Shown here: in pieces, positions 62,301 through 64,000 of the stretch
Layout: each line of letters starts with the position of its first letter
Position numbering within the stretch: the stretch's first letter is position 1
Origin: a virus
Lineage: Duplodnaviria > Caudoviricetes
DNA: 64,000 nt
Virus record (IMG/VR): IMGVR_UViG_3300044630_004720
Direction: 5' to 3' (one strand)
The notes under the pieces: generated by a model
Database searches by the model: none
The model's input: the letters and a program-made list of their open reading frames with translations, nothing else
Told to the model about the DNA's origin: nothing
Translations under genes and position numbers: made by a program

Positions 62301-63929
62301 ACAAGTGGATTCGGTACCTATATAAATCAAGCGCTTTTAACAACATCTACACCCACATTCTCAACAGTATCTGCAACAACATTTACGGGAGCATTAAGTG
62401 GTAATGCAACAACCGCAAGTTCAACTCAACGTCTTGATGATGTGAACAACTATACTTGGTCACAATCTTCACTACCACAAAGTTATTCAGAAGGGATGCA
62501 GTTAAGCTTTGTTGGACCAAGTGCAGGTGAGGGGAGTTGGCAGAATTATGGTACGGTAATAAATGCAAGAACATATTCTGGTGGAGGTGGTAGTTTGCAA
62601 ATGTATGTACCATATGGGCCAAGTAACGGCGGAGCAGCACTACAGGTTCGTTTTGGTGATTATAGTGCTCCATCTTACGGTAATCAATGGACAGCTTGGA
62701 AGACGTTGTTACAATCTGACAACTACAACTCTTACGCTCCCACCCTAACAGGTGGTGGTGCAAGTGGAACTTGGGGTATTAATATCACTGGTAATGCGGC
62801 AACGGCCACTTCGGCCACCGATTCAACAAAACTTCCACTAGCAGGTGGAACGTTAACAGGTGATTTAAGATTTAATAATGCGGGATATGGTAGAATTGCG
62901 TTTACCGATAACTATCACGGTTTAATTCTTAGAGGAAATCCAAATAACGCCGCAGGTGACATAACAGCAGGTGATGTAACTTCATTAGTACAACATAGTG
63001 GTGATTTTAGGTTTTACAGAACAAACGGAAGTATAAATGAAGTTTATTTCCAAGTTAATGCAACAGCACCATATTGGAGAGGAAATGTAATATATCACGC
63101 GGGTAACATCCCAACTTGGAATCAAAATACTAGTGGTACCGCCGGTTCAATATCGGGATTTAATAACCCCACAACATCGGCAACAGCTAACACAATCGCC
63201 TATAGAGATAGTGGTGGTGATTTATATGCGAGATATATGTTTGCCGTTCATTTTAATCAGTCTGGAGGAAATAGTGAAAATCCAACAATTGGACAAATTT
63301 GGACACAAAACACCACGGATAACTATTGTAGAAAATCAACACCTGCACACTTTATTAGTCAATTGGGATTAATAACAACATCCAATATTGGTTCACAATC
63401 TGTTAGTTACGCAAATAGTGCGGGTAGTGCACCTAACGGAACTAATCAAAATTCGGTCTACAATGTAACACCTGGTGAAGGTAATGGATTGAAATTTTGG
63501 TCTGAGGACAGTTATAAAATTAGTATGGGTGTTAGTAGTGTGTACCAATATGGGACCGTTACGGATTATTCAATTAAAACCCAAATGAATTCGGGAGACG
63601 CCGGAAGAGGATTTACTTGGGGAAGAATTGGTGTGGTTCCAATTGCATCATTAAACGCAACGTCAGGTAATATGCAACTTGCGGGGTCATTAACAACAGG
63701 TGGAAGTATATTACCATTAAGTAATAACTCTGTTAATTTAGGTTCAGCATCTTTAGGTTGGGCAAACGTTTATACAAACGACTTACATTTAAGTAATATG
63801 AATAAACCTGAAGGTAATGATATTGATGGTACAAATGGTAACTGGACAATTCAAGAAGGAGCAGAAAATCTGTATATTATCAATAATAATAACGGAAAGA
63901 AATATAAAATATCGTTAGAAGAAATATAA
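56400..63929 (+). CDS. Long tail fibre (2509 aa)
   Basis: T4 gp34-like N-terminus (VKLRRS...GELA.N..DGK), coiled-coil and beta repeats, and the C-terminal DLHLSN...DGTNGNWTIQEGAENLYIIN...GKKYK motif typical of large-myovirus fibres. Confidence 0.85.
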   Translation: MAQIVKLRRSSVSGQKPTNTNLQLGELAQNTTDGKIFLAKSGSSGPSIEEIIVTNTSNTGSINLLGSVTASNFTGSFIGDGALLYNVPVSGVTNLTTISGSLDSRLDALEAYSGSQQVPTASYAFRTTQVDVYCKNMSGTQINKGTVVRITGAVGDNPLISVASLLTEGQSANTLGITTENIPNDGFGLVITEGILTGVNTNGMTAGQLLFLGENGTFTTSYPVAPNHGVRLGEVLRVQQQQGSIYVRIDNGSELGESHDVLDSTTSSSYGDLLVKSGSVWVNSRSLNGNYAVTGSLTITQNLTVLGSSSLVYVTSSQLAVSASFISVNVFEPAERFGGLKVYDSGSSNATASLAWDSLHNHWVYQNSTDDTYSGGMLLSGPRNTGSLGDEPGLISGRIVKSIGGDHIDVSIISETGTTITVGGDLVANSITGAFDFYGLVNRPTLVSGSSQIEITGTTGYSDFSSSIKDRIDVVTGSITDLSSSVKDRIDIVTGSITDLSSSVKDRIDIVTGSITDLSSSVKDRIDVVTGSITDLSSSVKDRIDVVTGSITDLSSSVKDRIDTVTGSITDLSSSVKDRIDVVTGSVDSLNLFTSSYTTNSFTGSFIGDGSGLYNIPASGVTGLQLDKIINGNASASINNSGFYVNRDVFVDGTITAKEIHIDYVTSSVLYQSGSTKFGDSNDDTHQFTGSVKISGSLQSDSITGSFTGSFAGNASGLVNVPFHISGSDVDGGTYDKQFSKLQFDDSTGLNVSESVAGTAFISIGSHFRDIFVSGSDMLRATGSDAFEIIPEGGIEVTTSITDTNSNGYVKELRLSTTTLSSSLDTRIDNLSSSVVYQSETSSMTVLSSSYALTASFALNAGGGSEGRTYIHTQSSASTTWTVTHNLGEQYPAIVVFDSSDNVIVPGTITAVNDTSFTVTFPSAQTGKVSATVGGGLPFVSASFVDYVLAVNNDIPYWKGGVISGSAQIILTGTTGYSTFSSSVATTTLNIKNRVDSIEVKTGSYATTGSNLFIGTQTLSGSILPSVDNLYDLGSSTHQWRDVYISSGSLYIDGTKVISSTTQELQITTDSGQSIKILENGTDSIILQTADGDVELKSSGDGDILLDPTNGKIMLKGPVEILNGQKIQSSVGGTPVVFANDIVVSGSIELTGTIDGIDLTSFSSSANTRLTNLESSGGSLNSFTASANTRLGALETQSGSINSFTASANTRLGDLETESGSVRFDLNSHISSANGRLTSIETSTGSLNSFSSSTSTRLSSIEISTGSLNSFTSSTAGSLIAIQTSTSSLNSFTSSTAESLIAIQTSTSSLNSFTASTNTRLGALETSTSSLNTFSSSTNGRLTSIETSTASLNSFTSSTEGSLIAIQTSTASLNSFSSSTNTRLGALETESGSIRTAFNSYTSSNDSTNTTQNNRLTALETSTSSLNTFSSSTNTRLGSLETESGSIRTAFNSYTSSNDGTNTTQNNRLTALETSTSSLNSFSSSTNSKLTSIETSTGSLNTFSSSTNTRVGALETESGSIRTAFNNYTSSNDGTNTTQNSRLTSLEGKTGSYATTGSNVFIGDQTITGSLYISQNLIIAGSSSIQHITSSQLNIGDNIITVNAQNPSIRFGGLAVIDSGSSPQVSGSILFDSTNDQWIFVHQNQSTITSSVLLMGPETYNNLGGESYLTQNRIPKGSGIEHLNDSNISDTGTKVSINSNTEITGTFVATGTALVSGSAQISFNGITDKPTLVSGSSQITFLSISNIPSGLVSGSSQVLNGSGVWSGSAQLPSGTVSGSSQVLNGSGVWSGSAQLPAGVVSGSSQVLNGSGVWSGSAQLPSGVVSGSSQITYSSISGIPTGIVSGSSQVSFGGISGVPSGLVSGSSQVAFGSLSGLPSGIISGSSQISFGSISGVPSGLVSGSSQVAFGSLSGLPSGLVSGSSQISFGSISNIPSGLVSGSSQISFGSISGLPPGLVSGSSQISIASTSGFGTYINQALLTTSTPTFSTVSATTFTGALSGNATTASSTQRLDDVNNYTWSQSSLPQSYSEGMQLSFVGPSAGEGSWQNYGTVINARTYSGGGGSLQMYVPYGPSNGGAALQVRFGDYSAPSYGNQWTAWKTLLQSDNYNSYAPTLTGGGASGTWGINITGNAATATSATDSTKLPLAGGTLTGDLRFNNAGYGRIAFTDNYHGLILRGNPNNAAGDITAGDVTSLVQHSGDFRFYRTNGSINEVYFQVNATAPYWRGNVIYHAGNIPTWNQNTSGTAGSISGFNNPTTSATANTIAYRDSGGDLYARYMFAVHFNQSGGNSENPTIGQIWTQNTTDNYCRKSTPAHFISQLGLITTSNIGSQSVSYANSAGSAPNGTNQNSVYNVTPGEGNGLKFWSEDSYKISMGVSSVYQYGTVTDYSIKTQMNSGDAGRGFTWGRIGVVPIASLNATSGNMQLAGSLTTGGSILPLSNNSVNLGSASLGWANVYTNDLHLSNMNKPEGNDIDGTNGNWTIQEGAENLYIINNNNGKKYKISLEEI
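57792..58169 (+). repeat. Seven tandem 54-bp (18-aa SSSVKDRIDVVTGSITDL) repeats
   Basis: Units counted in the translation and checked on the DNA. Confidence 0.95.
59872..61055 (+). repeat. Degenerate 63-bp (21-aa LNSFSSSTNTRLGALETSTSS) coiled-coil repeats with insert variants
   Basis: Visible in the translation. Boundaries approximate. Confidence 0.9.
61540..62300 (+). repeat. Tandem VSGSSQ-anchored repeats of 19 and 24 aa
   Basis: VSGSSQISFGSISGVPSGL and VSGSSQVLNGSGVWSGSAQLPSGT units. Boundaries approximate. Confidence 0.9.
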
Positions 63930-63930
63930 G

Positions 63931-64000
63931 ATGCCATTAAATGTTAAAAATAATGTAATAAGTTCAAATGACATTACGAGTGCCGGCATTTTTGATACTA
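63931..64000 (+). CDS. Start of the next ORF (truncated by window end)
   Basis: ATG 63931, MPLNVKNNVISSNDITSAGIFDT, open to the end. Confidence 0.5.
   Translation, partial: MPLNVKNNVISSNDITSAGIFDT

Noticed and set aside
645-63372. Numerous short ORFs nested antisense or out of frame within long genes (e.g. 645-830, 4282-4614, 45758-46231, 51810-52406, 57710-58243)
   Set aside because: They overlap well-supported genes, show no recognisable motifs and have antisense-type composition.
56400-63929. Diversity-generating retroelement or invertase-driven tip switching of the long fibre
   Set aside because: No reverse transcriptase, template/variable repeat pair, recombinase or inverted repeats are visible in this window.
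1-64000. Stop-codon reassignment, as seen in some large phages
   Set aside because: Genes are full length in code 11, and TAA, TGA and TAG all end genes at sensible boundaries.
1-64000. Eukaryotic giant virus or bacterial chromosome origin
   Set aside because: gp25/gp6 baseplate genes, tail fibres, sigma70, NusG and bacterial terminators indicate a tailed phage. No housekeeping operons are present.

Overview
A 64-kb segment of a large, AT-rich, myovirus-type (contractile-tailed) phage genome. Genes are densely packed, almost all on the + strand, in the standard genetic code, with no obvious Shine-Dalgarno motifs. A Bacteroidota host is inferred from SprB-like, Hc1-like and DUF6576-like homologues and A-rich translation starts. 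Gene order: class Ia ribonucleotide reductase (nrdB end, nrdA); a baseplate/tail module (gp25, gp6, a 2446-aa gpI-like protein with Pro-Thr mucin-like stalks and PA14-like, vWA-like and degenerate Hint domains, plus Cys-rich appendage proteins, a stand-alone Hint domain and an embedded nucleotidyltransferase); a replication/recombination module (RuvC-like, primase, PD-(D/E)XK, SbcD, SbcC) interrupted by UDP-glucose dehydrogenase and an NlaIII/IceA1-like restriction endonuclease; ClpP, membrane proteins, a sigma70-family factor, a degenerate amidase, acidic head-type proteins, an Hc1-like protein, a Dam-family methyltransferase, NusG, an AAA ATPase, thioredoxin and glutaredoxin; and three tail-fibre genes, the last of 2509 aa. 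The strongest signal is that I found no CATG (the NlaIII target) and no GATC anywhere in the window, while the phage encodes an NlaIII-like nuclease with no adjacent methylase. Other leads are the stand-alone Hint domain with an MKNQKGG N-extein, a recurring TATTTAT motif before late genes, a ~70-nt structured RNA candidate and an A10 frameshift site. Family assignments come from motif recognition by eye, not from database searches.
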